Source: Limnochordia bacterium
Lineage (GTDB): Bacteria > Bacillota > Limnochordia > DTU080
Assembly: GCA_050951545.1 (NCBI GenBank)
Contig: JBMNJG010000004.1
Span: forward strand, 32,001-96,000
DNA length: 64,000 nucleotides
Direction: 5' to 3'
Shown: in pieces, positions 1-10,239 of the stretch
Layout: each line of letters starts with the position of its first letter
How positions within the stretch are numbered: the stretch's first letter is position 1
The notes under the pieces: generated by a model
What the model saw: only the letters and a program-made list of their open reading frames with translations
Told to the model about the DNA's origin: nothing
Databases searched by the model: none
Position numbers and translations under genes: made by a program

Positions 1-154
1 ACGCACGGAGGCCAGTACCATGCGATGGATCGCCCTGACATCTCCTCTGGCACCGGGATGCCTGCTGCATCGAGTAGGGTAGGGGGTAGATCGACCAGGC
101 TAACAAGTCGCCTGAGCTCTCCTACCCCCTGGAACTCGGGGCCCGCACGCAGAC

Positions 155-1084
155 TCATCTACCTACTATGCTGATGTCTCCTATGGATACCCGGATTTCC
201 AGATCGCCGGTTGGCTCTCCTTGACCGAGAATGCCGAATGCAGACGACGTCATCGCCTCAGATTTCCGTTCAGTAACCGGTAGATCGGTGTTCACTTTTC
301 CTGCGTCGGTAACGGCCTCTAGCCTGACGCAGGTGGAGCGGGGGACAGTCATTCGCACTTTGCCGGCTGACGACGCCACGTAGTTTTGCTTGCCGAGTGA
401 CCCGTCGAATGTGATGTCTCCCATCGACGTGGAGAGCTTCAACTGGCGTTCAATAGTGGCGTTGGTTACCGCAATACGTCCGGCCGATGTCGTGATTGTC
501 AGGTTCCCGGTAACGGATGTGGCCTCAATGCTGCCCATGCGCACGTGGGCTTCGATTGTTCCTCGAAGGTCGTGGAGTCGGACTGTTCCCGCCGTTGCCT
601 GTACGGTGACTGCCAGCCCCGATGGTACCCGAAGGACCATGTTTGTCAGGCCCTCCGTTGGGCTTGGCGCGTCTGGCGATGAAGGCTCAGGACGCATTGC
701 CGAGCCAACGACCCGAACCGTACCTCCGTCCTGAACCGCGTCTAGGCTGACGTGGCGGAGACGCTCACGGGCGATCTGATCAGAGGGGCCGTGGGCGACT
801 AGTTCTCCGTCGATACTAATCCTGTTGCCATGGGCACTTGTCACGGTGATTTCGCCAACCCCTGCCTCAACCTGAATGCTGTGGATCCCCTCTGTGTCGA
901 ACTCCCTATGGAAGGAATCGTCCACCGCTCTACAGGGGGCGTCAAGCCCGAAGTAGGGGTAGGAAAACGCATCGGAGTATTTGCTCGCAAGCAACCCGCT
1001 ACCGTGCACCCATGGCCGTGTCATGCTGGCCAAGACTGAAAGACCGACCAGAGCTACGAGGACTATGCTTCTTCTGGAATGCAT
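155..1084 (-). CDS. DUF4097/adhesin beta-strand-repeat protein with N-terminal membrane anchor
   Basis: Hydrophobic N-terminus and repeated 'xxGxI/V' beta-strand units (ATAGTVRL, VRMGSIEA, TSAGRIAV, TSMGDITF). Last gene of a GntR-ABC operon. Confidence 0.75.
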   Translation of the reverse strand: MHSRRSIVLVALVGLSVLASMTRPWVHGSGLLASKYSDAFSYPYFGLDAPCRAVDDSFHREFDTEGIHSIQVEAGVGEITVTSAHGNRISIDGELVAHGPSDQIARERLRHVSLDAVQDGGTVRVVGSAMRPEPSSPDAPSPTEGLTNMVLRVPSGLAVTVQATAGTVRLHDLRGTIEAHVRMGSIEATSVTGNLTITTSAGRIAVTNATIERQLKLSTSMGDITFDGSLGKQNYVASSAGKVRMTVPRSTCVRLEAVTDAGKVNTDLPVTERKSEAMTSSAFGILGQGEPTGDLEIRVSIGDISIVGR

Positions 1085-1098
1085 TCATCCGTCCCTCC

Positions 1099-1839
1099 TT
1101 AGGCGTCCACTTCTGATTCTAGAATCTTGCCAGCTACGATGAGCAGGGCTACTGTGGCGGCTAGTGCTGGCCACACTGGGAGCAGCGGCACCGCGATTCC
1201 CCTCACCGGATCCAGATCGTTGACGGATTTCGCGGTTACTGGGTTAGGCAGGAACGAGGCGATGTACATAACATGTGGGCCGAAGGCGAGGCAGAGATAC
1301 CACACCAGCACATGCACGATCACTGCGATCAGGCCGGAAACCCGGGGCACCAAAGTGCCGATAACAAAGGAGAACATCCCTACGGCGATCATGAAAGCGA
1401 TACCCGACATGGCTAGTATCGTTATCCAGATTCCGCCCGTAGGAGCGATTACCATCATCCCCGCTGATCCGGGTGTCCTACTCGTGACGTATAGCACCCC
1501 AGCGACCGCTACCAGCGTGACGAGCACCAGGTTGAACAGAATCACAGCCAACTTCGCCGTGAGCAATCCAGTCCCGCTCATCGGGTAGGATAAGGTTCGC
1601 ATTGAGGTGCGAGACCGCCACTCGGCGCGCATGGTGGAAAAGCCTGCCACGACTGTGGCTATGCCCACACCCGCAAACGGAATGCACGACAGAACCACGC
1701 CGACATCCCTCAGAGAGGACCACTTTGGGGACTTGATCCCGAGCCACACGTCAAGAGCTATAACGGCTGCTATGGCCACCGCGAGCAGCGTCCATGTGTC
1801 GCGCCATTCCTTGCCAACCATAGTCCACCAACGCTTCAT
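1099..1839 (-). CDS. ABC-2 type transporter permease
   Basis: About six TM segments and a KEWR motif near the start. ATG at 1839 (MKRWW) lies directly after the ATPase stop. Confidence 0.8.
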   Translation of the reverse strand: MKRWWTMVGKEWRDTWTLLAVAIAAVIALDVWLGIKSPKWSSLRDVGVVLSCIPFAGVGIATVVAGFSTMRAEWRSRTSMRTLSYPMSGTGLLTAKLAVILFNLVLVTLVAVAGVLYVTSRTPGSAGMMVIAPTGGIWITILAMSGIAFMIAVGMFSFVIGTLVPRVSGLIAVIVHVLVWYLCLAFGPHVMYIASFLPNPVTAKSVNDLDPVRGIAVPLLPVWPALAATVALLIVAGKILESEVDA

Positions 1840-1840
1840 C

Positions 1841-2536
1841 TCAGCACACCTCCGCGAAGATCTCATTGAGTGACTTGCCTTGCGTGGCCCGCAGTTCGTC
1901 GGCGTTACCGGAGAGCACAATCTGTCCATCTGACAGGAACACCACGTCTTCGAACAGCTTCTCCGACTCCAGCACTTCATGGGTGGATATGAAGATCGTC
2001 TGTTCACCAGTCCGATACCGCGAGGCTATGGTCTCTAGAATGCTAGCACGCGACGGCGGGTCGATTCCCGCGAGCGGTTCATCCATGAGTACCAGGCATG
2101 CCCGGCGGGACATCGCCAGCGCCAGTTTCAGACGGCCACGTTGCCCCCTGGAGAGCGCGGAGATCTTGTTGTCTGGATCTAGTCTGAGCTCTTTGAGAAG
2201 CTCAAGGGCGTCAGGTACGTCCATGTCGCCAAACATCGAGTTTTCGAAAGTGACAGCCTGCCGCACGGTCATCCAGGAGTAGAAAGTGTCATTTTCCGGG
2301 ACGAAGGCGGTGAGGCTCTTGGTCGCCGTGGACACTTCCCGCCCCAACACGCGGACTTTTCCGCTCGTCGGATGGGTCAGCCCAGCGCATATCTTAAGCA
2401 GCGTGGATTTTCCGGCACCGTTTGGCCCGAGCAGGCCGACTATCTTACCCGACTCTATCTTGAGATTCACGCCTCGAAGCGCGTGTGAGCGGTAGTACCT
2501 TTTCTGAACACCCGTCATTTCGATGGCTAGCATCAA
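1841..2536 (-). CDS. ABC transporter ATP-binding protein (YtrB-like)
   Basis: Walker A GPNGAGKST, signature LSRGQ, Walker B LMDEP, H-loop STH. Confidence 0.95.
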   Translation of the reverse strand: MMLAIEMTGVQKRYYRSHALRGVNLKIESGKIVGLLGPNGAGKSTLLKICAGLTHPTSGKVRVLGREVSTATKSLTAFVPENDTFYSWMTVRQAVTFENSMFGDMDVPDALELLKELRLDPDNKISALSRGQRGRLKLALAMSRRACLVLMDEPLAGIDPPSRASILETIASRYRTGEQTIFISTHEVLESEKLFEDVVFLSDGQIVLSGNADELRATQGKSLNEIFAEVC

Positions 2537-2913
2537 TGAACACCCCCGTTCGAGCCATTCAGGCCCTGCGATACCAATCCGATGATCTCTTCATCGGAAT
2601 AGCGTAACCTGCGCATCTCGTTGATGAATGATCGCACTGCGGTAGCCGTCACCTCTGATCTGGCCTCTTTCGCTATGTCAGGGGAGGCCTTGATGAAAGT
2701 GCCTTGGCCCCTCTGGGTTTCGACAATGCCGATTCTCTCAAGTTCCGTGTAGGCGCGTTGCACTGTGTTCGGATTTGTTCGTGCGTCTTTGGCCAGATCC
2801 CTCATCGACAACAGCTTATCGCCGGGCGCCAGCGATCCGACTGCCAGATCCCACATAACGCTTTGCATGATCTGTACGTAGATCGGAATTGACTCGTCGA
2901 AGTTGATTTGCAT
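2533..2913 (-). CDS. GntR family (YtrA subfamily) transcriptional regulator
   Basis: PIYVQI...GDKLLSMRDLA...NPNTVQRAY...RGQGTF wHTH with short C-terminus. ATG 2913 follows a GGAG RBS. Confidence 0.92.
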   Translation of the reverse strand: MQINFDESIPIYVQIMQSVMWDLAVGSLAPGDKLLSMRDLAKDARTNPNTVQRAYTELERIGIVETQRGQGTFIKASPDIAKEARSEVTATAVRSFINEMRRLRYSDEEIIGLVSQGLNGSNGGVH

Positions 2914-2999
2914 TGAATCTCCCCCTTCCCACAGCTCTGGCACACCATTGCCCGAACATCCAGTACGTCCAGTCGCCCCACACTGTCATATTGACCTAG

Positions 3000-3019
3000 T
3001 GTACTAGGTACCTAATACA
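3000..3019. promoter_or_regulatory. YtrA-type operator palindrome
   Basis: TGTACTAGGTACCTAATACA is a near-perfect palindrome matching the TGTAnTA-N6-TAnTACA style of YtrA-subfamily operators, just downstream of the promoter. Confidence 0.75.
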
Positions 3020-3033
3020 GTGGCATTAGCATC

Positions 3034-3062
3034 ATACTAAGCCACTTCGCTCAGGGTGTCAA
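3034..3062 (-). promoter_or_regulatory. sigma70/sigmaA promoter of the gntR-ABC operon
   Basis: Minus strand TTGACA-17bp-TAGTAT. Confidence 0.7.
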
Positions 3063-3218
3063 TCCCATGTGAGGCGTAGGGGGCACACGGGTGGATACGC
3101 TACACTCTGAATGAGCCAAAATGGCCTAGTGTGCTCATCGGAAGGTAGCCAGTCGTAGAACGAGACGCTCTTGAAAAACCAGCCACGCCATCGCTGGTTT
3201 CTTTATCGTGGATGAGAT

Positions 3219-3278
3219 GTAGGCTGTGGACCCTGATGGATAACCCTACGGGTTACCCACAGACTCCACAGCCTCTAC
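3219..3278. repeat. Long imperfect inverted repeat of the type often found next to IS ends
   Basis: GTAGGCTGTGGA...GGATAACCCTACGGGTTACCC...TCCACAGCCTCTAC nested stems. Confidence 0.55.
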
Positions 3279-4415
3279 CATCGATCAATCTGTTGTCTAG
3301 ATACTTGTTCCCCGTCCTGTGGAGAGGAGGCGGGAGAAATCCGTCATTCATGAGGTAGAAAAGCCTCCACCTCGGGTGAAGAGGTGGGATTCTGATGGCA
3401 TCCCCGCGCACAGCTCTAGCCAAGCCAAATGGGGTTCCTCAGACTCTCTCCTCGGCCCATCCGGAGAGAGGAGGGTTGACATACAACCCCAGGGCTGCGA
3501 AGTCAAGATCGTTGATGACCAAGTTGAGTTGGAGAGCCGATCCGCCTTGCCTGTAGCTTGTGCAAAGGCGACACCATACGTCGCTGGGTCGGGCGTGTCG
3601 CTGACCAGTTACTTTAGCTGGCAGGATCTGAAGCGAAGTAGCGTAGGTAGCAGTGGCGACGACGGAGCCAAAGCCAGGTGAATCGCACACCATAGTCACA
3701 GAATGGGCTTGTGGGTGTGTGCAGAGCGGCTTGCGTACCGTGCGGGAGTGCTTGATCAAGAAGAAGATTGGCAGACGACTGCCGCTGCGCGCGACGTACG
3801 CATCAACCGGAAGCTGTTCCGGCTTCTCAAGCCCAGGTGCCAGCGGTGCGGCGAGCAGGCCAAGCACGGCTGGGCGCTCAGTGAATCTACGGAAACACCA
3901 CAAGCTTAGTCCGCGGGGTCGCCTTCGCTGAGGCGAAACCACTGAAGATGCATCTCTTCGCCTAGGAGTAGGGGCGCGTAGAAACCTCGTTCCACGCTCT
4001 GATAGCTCTTCTGCCCTGCTCTACAGCACATCACCGGATAGGGTCGATGGCGCCCTCTCGGACCACCTTCGGCGGACTCAACCCACGAAAACGGCGGGTT
4101 CCCCTCCCCAAATCGCTGTTTCCCAACCTCAAAAACCGCACCCCGAACAGCGGACTGTACATAACCCTTTCTGACGCCCCAGACGATGAACCGGACGGAC
4201 CAGCGTCGCCCTCTCACGGCGAAGCTGGGTTGTGTGGTGCACAAGCGGGACATGAGACGCGTGAGAGCGCAACCTCATCGCCTAGAGACAGGGATTCCAG
4301 TCACCTATCGCTGTCTCTTGCGTGGTCGCCGAGGCGTAGGCGCGGCAGGGTTCGCTAGGTCCTTGTCGAAGGGGGAGGAAATGCATTGGGCAAGGATAAT
4401 CAAAGGAGCCTCGTG

Positions 4416-5117
4416 GTGGTCAAGATACTGAAGAACGATTGGGCTGATAGGCTTAACGACCAATTCGAGATGCCATACTACGTGACACTGCGCGAGTTTC
4501 TTATCAGCGAATACCGCAGCACAACGGTGTACCCTGACATGTATGACATCTTTAACGCACTGCATTTCACCTCGTTTGCCGCGACTAAGGTCTGCATTCT
4601 TGGTCAGGACCCCTATCATGGTCCCGGTCAGGCACATGGATTGAGCTTTTCGGTGAAACCCGGCGTGACACCACCCCCATCGCTGCAGAATATCTTTGGG
4701 GAGCTAGAGAGCGATCTGGGCTGCCCGATTCCCAACCATGGCTGTTTGGAGCAGTGGGCCAGAGAGGGGGTCTTGCTGCTCAACACCGTCCTGACCGTGC
4801 GCCGAGGTCAGGCGAACTCGCACCGCGGACAGGGATGGGAACGCTTCACCGATCGTGTCGTGGAGGTCCTGAACGATCGGGAGGAGCCCGTGGTCTTCAT
4901 CCTGTGGGGACGGAATGCCCAGGCCAAGAAGTCTATGATCGACGCAGGCCGCCACTGTATCATTGAATCGGCGCACCCTAGTCCCTTCTCTGCGCGCCAG
5001 GGCTTTTTTGGCAGCCGGCCCTTCTCACGGGCCAACTATTTTCTGCAGCAGATTGGAAGAGGTCCCGTGAATTGGGAGATTCGGGACACCGTGGCGTCGA
5101 TGCCTTCGGGTCTGTAG
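4416..5117 (+). CDS. ung: Uracil-DNA glycosylase, family 1
   Basis: [27 protein letters not shown] and HPSPFS motifs. GTG start after AAGGAG. Confidence 0.96.
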   Translation: MVKILKNDWADRLNDQFEMPYYVTLREFLISEYRSTTVYPDMYDIFNALHFTSFAATKVCILGQDPYHGPGQAHGLSFSVKPGVTPPPSLQNIFGELESDLGCPIPNHGCLEQWAREGVLLLNTVLTVRRGQANSHRGQGWERFTDRVVEVLNDREEPVVFILWGRNAQAKKSMIDAGRHCIIESAHPSPFSARQGFFGSRPFSRANYFLQQIGRGPVNWEIRDTVASMPSGL

Positions 5118-5123
5118 CTAGCG

Positions 5124-5912
5124 ATGGTGTCTGTCCGTTTCCAGGCATACTGGGAGGCCTGCGGCCGCGAGTGGGAAAGGCTCGCAGAGGATCTGCGAGA
5201 AGCCACTGGTTACTTGGTGCTCAATCCTGGGATCTACGGGGCTCCCTGGCACGCCCGCCGGCTGGAGCTTTACCCACCTGAGCCTGGGGGGCTAGTGGGG
5301 ATAGGTCTGAACCCTGGTCCCTACGGTATGGGCCAGACAGGGATCCCTTTCACTGATATCAAGCGTATCCGGGAGTGTTTGCCGCTCTTGCGTGATGCAC
5401 TCGAGCAATCACGGGAGCCTCTTGCTGTGCCTGGGCTGGCACCAAGCTCATTGCATCCCTACCTGAAGCTCCAGCATGAAGCCAGCTCAGTGCGTATCTT
5501 TAGGTTCCTGGAGAAAGCCTTCGGCGACGCAGAGCATGGCCTCACCCAATTGGCCTTTGCCAACCCGTGCTCCCTGTTGTTTATCGATAAAGAGTGTGCG
5601 AAGAATCGTACCCCAGCCGATTTCCGTGCACGGGTTCGCCAGAGGCAGCGCCAATGGAGTGATGCTCAGCTGCAGGCGCTGTTGCACAGAGTCAGAGAGC
5701 TTCGTCTACAGTGCACCTTGGCAGGTGTGCGCGCTCTTAAGGCCCGGGGCGTCATTCTCTTTGGCAAGGATGTGCAGAAAGCGGTTGGTGAAGAGCTGCG
5801 GGCGAGCCTGGGCGCTGAACGTGTGCTGTGCTATCCCCATCCTGCTCGGGCGGTGCCCGAGGCATGGAGTGCAGGCTTGGTAGCGGAACTGCAGCGTTAC
5901 CAGTTGCTGTGA
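5124..5912 (+). CDS. SMUG1-like (family 3) uracil-DNA glycosylase
   Basis: GLNPGPYGMGQTGIPF matches the SMUG1 GMNPGPxGMxQTGVPF motif. Also ExS, NxC and C-terminal HP motifs. Confidence 0.82.
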   Translation: MVSVRFQAYWEACGREWERLAEDLREATGYLVLNPGIYGAPWHARRLELYPPEPGGLVGIGLNPGPYGMGQTGIPFTDIKRIRECLPLLRDALEQSREPLAVPGLAPSSLHPYLKLQHEASSVRIFRFLEKAFGDAEHGLTQLAFANPCSLLFIDKECAKNRTPADFRARVRQRQRQWSDAQLQALLHRVRELRLQCTLAGVRALKARGVILFGKDVQKAVGEELRASLGAERVLCYPHPARAVPEAWSAGLVAELQRYQLL

Positions 5913-5927
5913 GGACTCCCGCACGGT

Positions 5928-7049
5928 CTAGAAGGCCATGCGTCGCCAGCCTTGGCGGCTGTAGTCGCGGGGGGGCAGACCCAGGATCTCTCGGCCCGTA
6001 TCCACGTAGTAGCGGTAGTTTTCTAACGGCGTACCGTTAGGAATGCGGTGGTCTAGCCCAAAGACCATCCCGCCCTGGCGCATCATTGGCTGCATCTTGT
6101 ACTCGAGTTCCCGGCGGATCGCTTGCCTATCCTGACGCAGGACATGCTTGTCGATGCCGCCCAACATGGCCAGACGGTTGCCATACTGGCGACGCAGGGC
6201 CACTACATCCATACCCGCCGCTGGTTCCATTGGGTACATACACGTGAGACCCGCGTCCAGGAACGCACAAATCACTCCGTTCAGGTTGCCGTCGCTGTCT
6301 TGCTGGAAGATACGTGTGCCCCGCGAGGAGAGCATATTCCAGATGCGACGATAGTAGGGGGCGATGAACTCTCGGATATGCCTGGGGCCTACAAGTGGGC
6401 CTGATCTACCCGCCAGGTCTTCGTGTACCGAGAGCTGATCGATGGTCAGGTGATCGCTCACTCTCTCGAGCACCTGCATGGCAGTATCGCCAAGAGTAGT
6501 CAGGATGTCACGCATGAGCTCTGGCTGGTCGTAGTAGCAAAGGCAGGCCCCCTCAGCTCCCATTAGCTCCCGTGCAGTGTCGTACCCACCCGGGATGTGG
6601 GCTACTACCAAAGTGCCCTCAGTCTGAGCACGGCGGGCGACCTCAACCTGATCCCAATCTAGGCGCTCCTCGCAGAACTGAAACATAGGCTTCAACTTGA
6701 GCCAGGAGTCCATGTCCTTTACAGGGAAATCGAGGGGCAGGGCTATCGTAGCCACGTTCTTGGCTAGCTTGACGGTCCGCCCCAAGTGATCACGCTGCAC
6801 GAGGTATGCGCTCGTTTCCTCGAGAACGACACTTTTCATCCAACTGCGAGGACCCGTGTGGCCCCCGCAGTTCACTACAGGAACATAATCCCAATCGAAG
6901 GCGACCATGTCGATCTCGGCCTGGCTGGCCCCTTGCGCCCGCCATTCCTCCTCCAACCCGACCAGTGGACCGAACAGCTCCACGAACATAGGGCGCTCTA
7001 CTCGGCCGAAAGTCATGAGTTCCAGGTACTGCTCTCGATGCCACTGCAT
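5928..7049 (-). CDS. Uroporphyrinogen decarboxylase/MtaA-CmuA family protein
   Basis: EDLAGRSGPL, DSDGN, PMEPAAGMD, GGIDK and DHRIP motifs. Confidence 0.85.
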   Translation of the reverse strand: MQWHREQYLELMTFGRVERPMFVELFGPLVGLEEEWRAQGASQAEIDMVAFDWDYVPVVNCGGHTGPRSWMKSVVLEETSAYLVQRDHLGRTVKLAKNVATIALPLDFPVKDMDSWLKLKPMFQFCEERLDWDQVEVARRAQTEGTLVVAHIPGGYDTARELMGAEGACLCYYDQPELMRDILTTLGDTAMQVLERVSDHLTIDQLSVHEDLAGRSGPLVGPRHIREFIAPYYRRIWNMLSSRGTRIFQQDSDGNLNGVICAFLDAGLTCMYPMEPAAGMDVVALRRQYGNRLAMLGGIDKHVLRQDRQAIRRELEYKMQPMMRQGGMVFGLDHRIPNGTPLENYRYYVDTGREILGLPPRDYSRQGWRRMAF

Positions 7050-7076
7050 GGGTTCCGCACCCTCTTTCCGCAGGCG

Positions 7077-8714
7077 TCACCGCAAGCGTTTGTATATCCG
7101 GATCAACCCGTTGGTGCTGCTGTCGTGAGCGCTCGTCGTCACCTCTGCGCGCAACTCTGGCAGAATCACTTGAGCCAGCTGTTTGCCCAGTTCCACACCC
7201 ATCTGGTCAAAGCTGTTGATATTCCAGATGGCACCCTGTGTGAAGATCTTGTGCTCGTACAAGGCGATCAGCATGCCCAGCGTCTCTGGTGTAAGTCGCT
7301 TGAACAGGAAGGCGTTGGTGGGCTTGTTTCCTTCAAAAGTCTTGGCGGCTGTCAGCGTCTCCAGCAGCTCACCGGAGTAGCCCTGTGCCAGAAGCTCTTG
7401 ACGCGTTTCGTCAGCGGTGCGACCTTTCATGAGTGCTTCGGTCTGTGCTAGGAAGTTGGCGATGAGGATGGTGTGATGCTCTCCGAGCGGATGATGGCTC
7501 TGTGCAGCAGCGAGGAAATCGCAGGGAATCAACTTGGTGCCTTGGTGGATCAACTGGTAAAAGGCGTGTTGGCCATTGGTACCGGGCTGTCCCCACAGAA
7601 TTGGGCCAGTCTGATAGTCCACTACCTGTGCATCTTTCGTGACCCGTTTGCCGTTACTCTCCATATCACCTTGCTGCAGATAGTCAGGGAAGTAGGCGAG
7701 GTACTCGTCGTAGGGGAGGACGGCGTGGCTTTCTGCGCCCCAGAAGTTGTTGTACCAGATGCCGAGAAGGCCCATGATCACGGGGATGTTTTGGGCAAGT
7801 GGTGTCGAACGAAAATGCTCATCGGCTTTGTGTGCGCCCGCCAAGAGCGCTTCGAAGCCGTCCATGCCGATATGCAAGACGATTGAGAGCCCAATAGCCG
7901 ACCACAGGGAATAGCGCCCGCCGACCCAGTCCCAAAAGACGAACATATTGTCTTGGTCGATACCAAAGGCTCGCACCGCTTTCCGGTTCGTTGAAATTGC
8001 TACGAAGTGTCTGGCTACAGCGGCCTCGTCCTGTAGATGATCCAGTAGCCAGGCTCGAGCCGTGTAGGCATTAGTCATGGTCTCTTGTGTGGTAAAGGTC
8101 TTGGATGCGACCAGAAAGAGCGTTGTCTCTGGCGACAGCCCATGGAGGGTCGTGGCAATGTCAGTTGGATCGATGTTCGAGACGAAATGCACCCGCAAGC
8201 GGCTATGGCCGTAGGGCTGCAGGGCGTGGGTAACCATGCGTGGTCCCAGATCGGAACCGCCGATGCCGATGTTGACCACATCGGTGATGGCCTGATCTGT
8301 GTGCCCCCGCCACTCGCCGTTGCGCACCGCTTCGGAGAAATGGCGCATCTTATCGAGAACCGCGTTGACCTCAGGCATTACGTCCTCACCGTCCACGTAG
8401 ATGGGGCGGTTGGAGCGGTTGCGTAAGGCGATGTGCAATGCTGGGCGACCCTCAGTGGTGTTTATCTTGTCGCCACGGAACATGGTCTGAATGGCCTGAG
8501 GTAGCCCGGCTTCCTCTGCGAGTTGTAGGAGGAGCGAAAAGGTCTCTTGTGTGATACGATTCTTGGAGTAATCGAAGAGCAGGTCGTCGAATACTACGGA
8601 GAACTGCTCAAATCGTTGGGGATCGGAAGCGAACATCTCGCGCATGTGCTGCTGAGCTATCTTCTGCTGATGCGCAGCCAGTGCGCGCCAGGCAGGCAGT
8701 TGTGTTACGGACAA
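7077..8714 (-). CDS. pgi: Glucose-6-phosphate isomerase
   Basis: [34 protein letters not shown] and DQMGVELGK motifs. TTG start after GAGGTG. Confidence 0.97.
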   Translation of the reverse strand: MSVTQLPAWRALAAHQQKIAQQHMREMFASDPQRFEQFSVVFDDLLFDYSKNRITQETFSLLLQLAEEAGLPQAIQTMFRGDKINTTEGRPALHIALRNRSNRPIYVDGEDVMPEVNAVLDKMRHFSEAVRNGEWRGHTDQAITDVVNIGIGGSDLGPRMVTHALQPYGHSRLRVHFVSNIDPTDIATTLHGLSPETTLFLVASKTFTTQETMTNAYTARAWLLDHLQDEAAVARHFVAISTNRKAVRAFGIDQDNMFVFWDWVGGRYSLWSAIGLSIVLHIGMDGFEALLAGAHKADEHFRSTPLAQNIPVIMGLLGIWYNNFWGAESHAVLPYDEYLAYFPDYLQQGDMESNGKRVTKDAQVVDYQTGPILWGQPGTNGQHAFYQLIHQGTKLIPCDFLAAAQSHHPLGEHHTILIANFLAQTEALMKGRTADETRQELLAQGYSGELLETLTAAKTFEGNKPTNAFLFKRLTPETLGMLIALYEHKIFTQGAIWNINSFDQMGVELGKQLAQVILPELRAEVTTSAHDSSTNGLIRIYKRLR

Positions 8715-8844
8715 GGTCGCTCACCTCTTGCTCTTATCATAGTGTGGGAATGCTCTATGAACAAGCCTGGGTTAATACCAGATGCGCGTGCTCGTGTGGA
8801 ATGATATTGCGTGGGAAAACCCGTGTGAAGGAGTTGTAGGACGG

Positions 8845-9402
8845 ATGGAAAGTGGCCAGAGGCTTGGGGCAAGGGAGACAGCCACCTTTGGCGGCGGCTG
8901 TTTTTGGTGTCTTGAGGCGGTGTTCGACGATCTGCGCGGCGTGGAGAAGGTAGTGTCAGGCTATTCGGGCGGCTCCGTGGCCAATCCTTCGTATGAGCAG
9001 GTGTGCACAGGCGAGACGGGGCACGCTGAGGTCGTGCAGGTGACTTTCGATCCAAGTCAGATCTCCTTCGGCGACCTACTGGTGGTCTTTTTTACCATTC
9101 ACGATCCAACCACTCCTAACCGTCAAGGCGGGGACGTAGGCCCGCAGTACCGATCAGTGATCTTTTGTCACTCGTCGGAACAAGAAAGAACCGCCAGAGC
9201 GGTCATCCAGGCGCTTAACAAAGAGGGCATCTGGGAGGCGCCGATCGTTACGGAAGTGATCCCCTATGAGAGGTTTTATTCTGCTGAGGACGGCCACAGC
9301 GACTTCTTCAGCCGCAATCCGCTTCAGCCATACTGCCAGGCAGTCGTGGCTCCTAAGGTACGCCAGTTTCGCCGCCAGTTCCTGAGCAAACTCAAGAGAT
9401 GA
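8845..9402 (+). CDS. msrA: Peptide-methionine (S)-S-oxide reductase
   Basis: GGGCFWC, GYSGG, GHAE, HDPT and QYRS motifs. Confidence 0.95.
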   Translation: MESGQRLGARETATFGGGCFWCLEAVFDDLRGVEKVVSGYSGGSVANPSYEQVCTGETGHAEVVQVTFDPSQISFGDLLVVFFTIHDPTTPNRQGGDVGPQYRSVIFCHSSEQERTARAVIQALNKEGIWEAPIVTEVIPYERFYSAEDGHSDFFSRNPLQPYCQAVVAPKVRQFRRQFLSKLKR

Positions 9403-9443
9403 TCGGGGCCTAGCGCTGCGTCTCATGGTGTGCGACAAGGGCC

Positions 9444-9672
9444 TTAATGAAATCTTCGAGTTGCTGCAGGTCTTGGTTGAGCGCTGGTCGTATGGCCAAG
9501 GCGTCGAATGCGGCGCAACTCATCCAGACAGGCGAAAGTGCAGGAAGACAAGACCGCGGGCCGAACGTCCTCCAAAGGGATACTCATACTGACGAGTAGC
9601 CGCCGGTACATCTGCCTGCATGTCGATGAGCAGCCCACGAAGTTCACTCGCTCGTTCCTGACTCCCGTTCAT
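9444..9672 (-). pseudogene. HepT-like HEPN ribonuclease toxin, internally deleted and frameshifted
   Basis: ATG at 9672 overlaps the MNT gene end. A second frame carries RRLLVSMSIPLEDVRPAVLS...LDELRRIRR, the C-terminal signature of HepT-like toxins. The middle is missing and the Rx4H motif is degraded. Confidence 0.7.
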
Positions 9673-10027
9673 ATACCAGTCTCCCCTCCGACACAATGCG
9701 CGCCCGTAGCTCAGGATGCGCTTTCTCCCAAGGTACCAGATCGAGATCGACTCTGTGCTGGAGGACATGCTCCGCAATCCCCAACAGCTGGTCTTGCGCG
9801 TAGGGTAGACCCTCAACTGCCATATCGAGATCGGATGCAGATCGCACTTGGCCACGGGCAACAGAACCAAAAACCCAAATACGTCTAGCCCCCAGCATGC
9901 TTAGTACTGCAGTCATAGTAGCGGCCTGTTGGGTCAAATGCTCCCTGTGCCTTTGGAGTTGGGCATCTTTCTGGGCAGCGATGCGTGCTTCGTGTGCGAA
10001 GTAGTGTTCAAAGCTTTGAGGTGTCAT
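9644..10027 (-). CDS. Minimal nucleotidyltransferase (MntA-type antitoxin)
   Basis: FGSVARG...SDLDMAV...VDL MNT motifs. Confidence 0.88.
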   Translation of the reverse strand: MTPQSFEHYFAHEARIAAQKDAQLQRHREHLTQQAATMTAVLSMLGARRIWVFGSVARGQVRSASDLDMAVEGLPYAQDQLLGIAEHVLQHRVDLDLVPWEKAHPELRARIVSEGRLVYERESGTSE

Positions 10028-10239
10028 CGTCCCGCCCCTCGTTTCACCCTTATGGCTTATTATACCATGCGGAACCGTGGATCTTTCTTATCCCGATAGG
10101 ATCAAAACGCCACGCGGGGAAGAGATATCTGCGCAATCCTCTGCTACAATAGGGCTGTGAGACTCGCCAGGCTGAACAGGGACCCTGGCCATCGACACTG
10201 AATACCTGGCGTGATACGCATCTATGGAGGAGGGCACGC

